This document shows positions 62,598 to 63,330 of a stretch of 63,330 nucleotides of DNA, in pieces. The number at the start of each line of letters is the position of its first letter. Position 1 is the stretch's first letter. The notes under the pieces were generated by a model. The model was not told the origin of the DNA. It ran no database searches and worked only from the letters and a program-made list of their open reading frames with translations. The position numbers and the translations under genes were made by a program. This stretch comes from Rhynchobatus australiae (taxonomy: Eukaryota), in NCBI GenBank assembly GCA_034780895.1, contig JAUZTB010000069.1:1962227-2025556 (forward strand), in the 5' to 3' direction.

Positions 62598-62714
62598 CTT
62601 CCACAAATATTTTTATCCATGGTGCTGATGAGCGCAGTCACATGACAGATGAGATTCATTACCTGAAGGAACAAAACAAGACTCTCAAGGCGCAGCTGAC
62701 GAGAAGCTCCAGAG
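62598..62714 (+). CDS. CDK5RAP2: Coding exon (A)STNIFIHG...EIHYLKEQNKTLKAQLTRSSR
   Basis: TCCAG acceptor, G|GTGGGT donor; resembles CDK5RAP2 STSIF..EIHFLRKQNQAL. Confidence 0.88.
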
Positions 62715-62994
62715 GTGGGTGCTGTGCAGTCGTTAACTGTCTGGCAGAGTCCACCTGCCAGAACGGGGGATAGTTCATGTATATTTCATAACTTGAATCG
62801 TATCGGAACAGGAGGAGGCTGTTGAGACCCTCATGCCTCCTTTCAGGAACTACCGGATCCCACGTATCCCAACTAATCTGACTACAATTTGGAACCCATT
62901 GTGGGAGGAACTTTAGAAACCTGCATCTGTCACTTTGCCCTGTAGGCAAGGCACCCTACTGTAACGGACTGCCTGCTGAGTGTTTATTGAGGAA

Positions 62995-63330
62995 GTTATA
63001 GAGTGTACAGAAACAGGCCCTTCAGCCTGACTCATCCATGCTGACCAAGGTGCCTACCTGAGCTCGCCCCATTTGCCGGCATTTAGCACGTATCCCTCTA
63101 ACCTTTCCTATCCATGAACCTGTTCAAATGTCTTATAAATGTGGTAATTGTCCTGGCCTCTACCACCTCCTCACACTCATTCCACATTCCCCCTACCGTC
63201 TGCGTGGAAAACATTGCCCCTCAGATCCCTTTTAAATCCTTCCCTCTCACCTTAAACCTCTGCCCACTTGTTTTTAGACTCCCCTGCCCTGGGGAACAGT
63301 TTGTGACCATTCACTTATCATTGCCCCTCA
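62995..63330 (-). mobile_element. CR1-type LINE 3' end
   Basis: ACAGGCCCTTCAGCC inverted tail; CCCTCTCACCTTAAACCTCTGCCC (reverse of GQRFKVRG). Confidence 0.8.

Larger units (their letters stand above)
2136..62714 (+). other. CDK5RAP2: Multi-exon gene (3'-incomplete): CDK5RAP2 (Cep215; centrosomin/myomegalin family), 34 traced coding exons
   Basis: Phase-consistent GT-AG exon chain giving a ~2339-aa coiled-coil ORF. Peptides recalled as closer to CDK5RAP2 than PDE4DIP (QGLTLALKAKDKE, KAQLQKFQGAEEY, DQTSYLSICL, KAFEELLQASDVDY). CM1 and CM2 are not in the window. Confidence 0.85.

Noticed and set aside
2136-62714. Calling the gene PDE4DIP (myomegalin)
   Set aside because: Despite the SMYLE-like start and DLGYETCG motif, most diagnostic exons are recalled as closer to CDK5RAP2; a phylogeny is still needed
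1-63330. Prokaryotic-type systems (CRISPR, operons), tRNA or rRNA genes
   Set aside because: No repeat-spacer arrays or operon structure; tRNA-like boxes occur only as SINE heads

Overview
Eukaryotic, intron-rich vertebrate DNA with many assembly gaps. The CR1/HER1-type LINEs, HE1-like SINEs and Penelope remnants suggest a cartilaginous fish (shark or ray). The window holds one + strand multi-exon gene of the centrosomin/CDK5RAP2/myomegalin family. By hand I traced 34 GT-AG coding exons (2136-62714; 7018 nt, about 2339 codons, all splice phases compatible), and the gene continues beyond the right edge. The best call is CDK5RAP2, from recalled diagnostic peptides (KRDKTIQGLTLALK, DQTSYLSICL, SRLP, YDSLVQSQARELS..KAFEELLQASDVDY, STNIF..EIHYLKEQN). 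Unexpectedly, the traced ORF begins with a 1041-nt exon encoding a SMYLE/MMG8-type N-terminus (C4 SmyH-like domain plus SKIP EB-binding motif), which I know only from the paralog PDE4DIP. The gene also keeps several myomegalin-like exons. Other notable items are a 79-nt near-identical intronic duplicate flanking one exon, a possible cassette or internal first exon at about 56 kb, Penelope-derived hairpin elements with decayed hammerhead-ribozyme cores, and a solo LTR nested in a LINE. All homology statements are from memory, not database searches.
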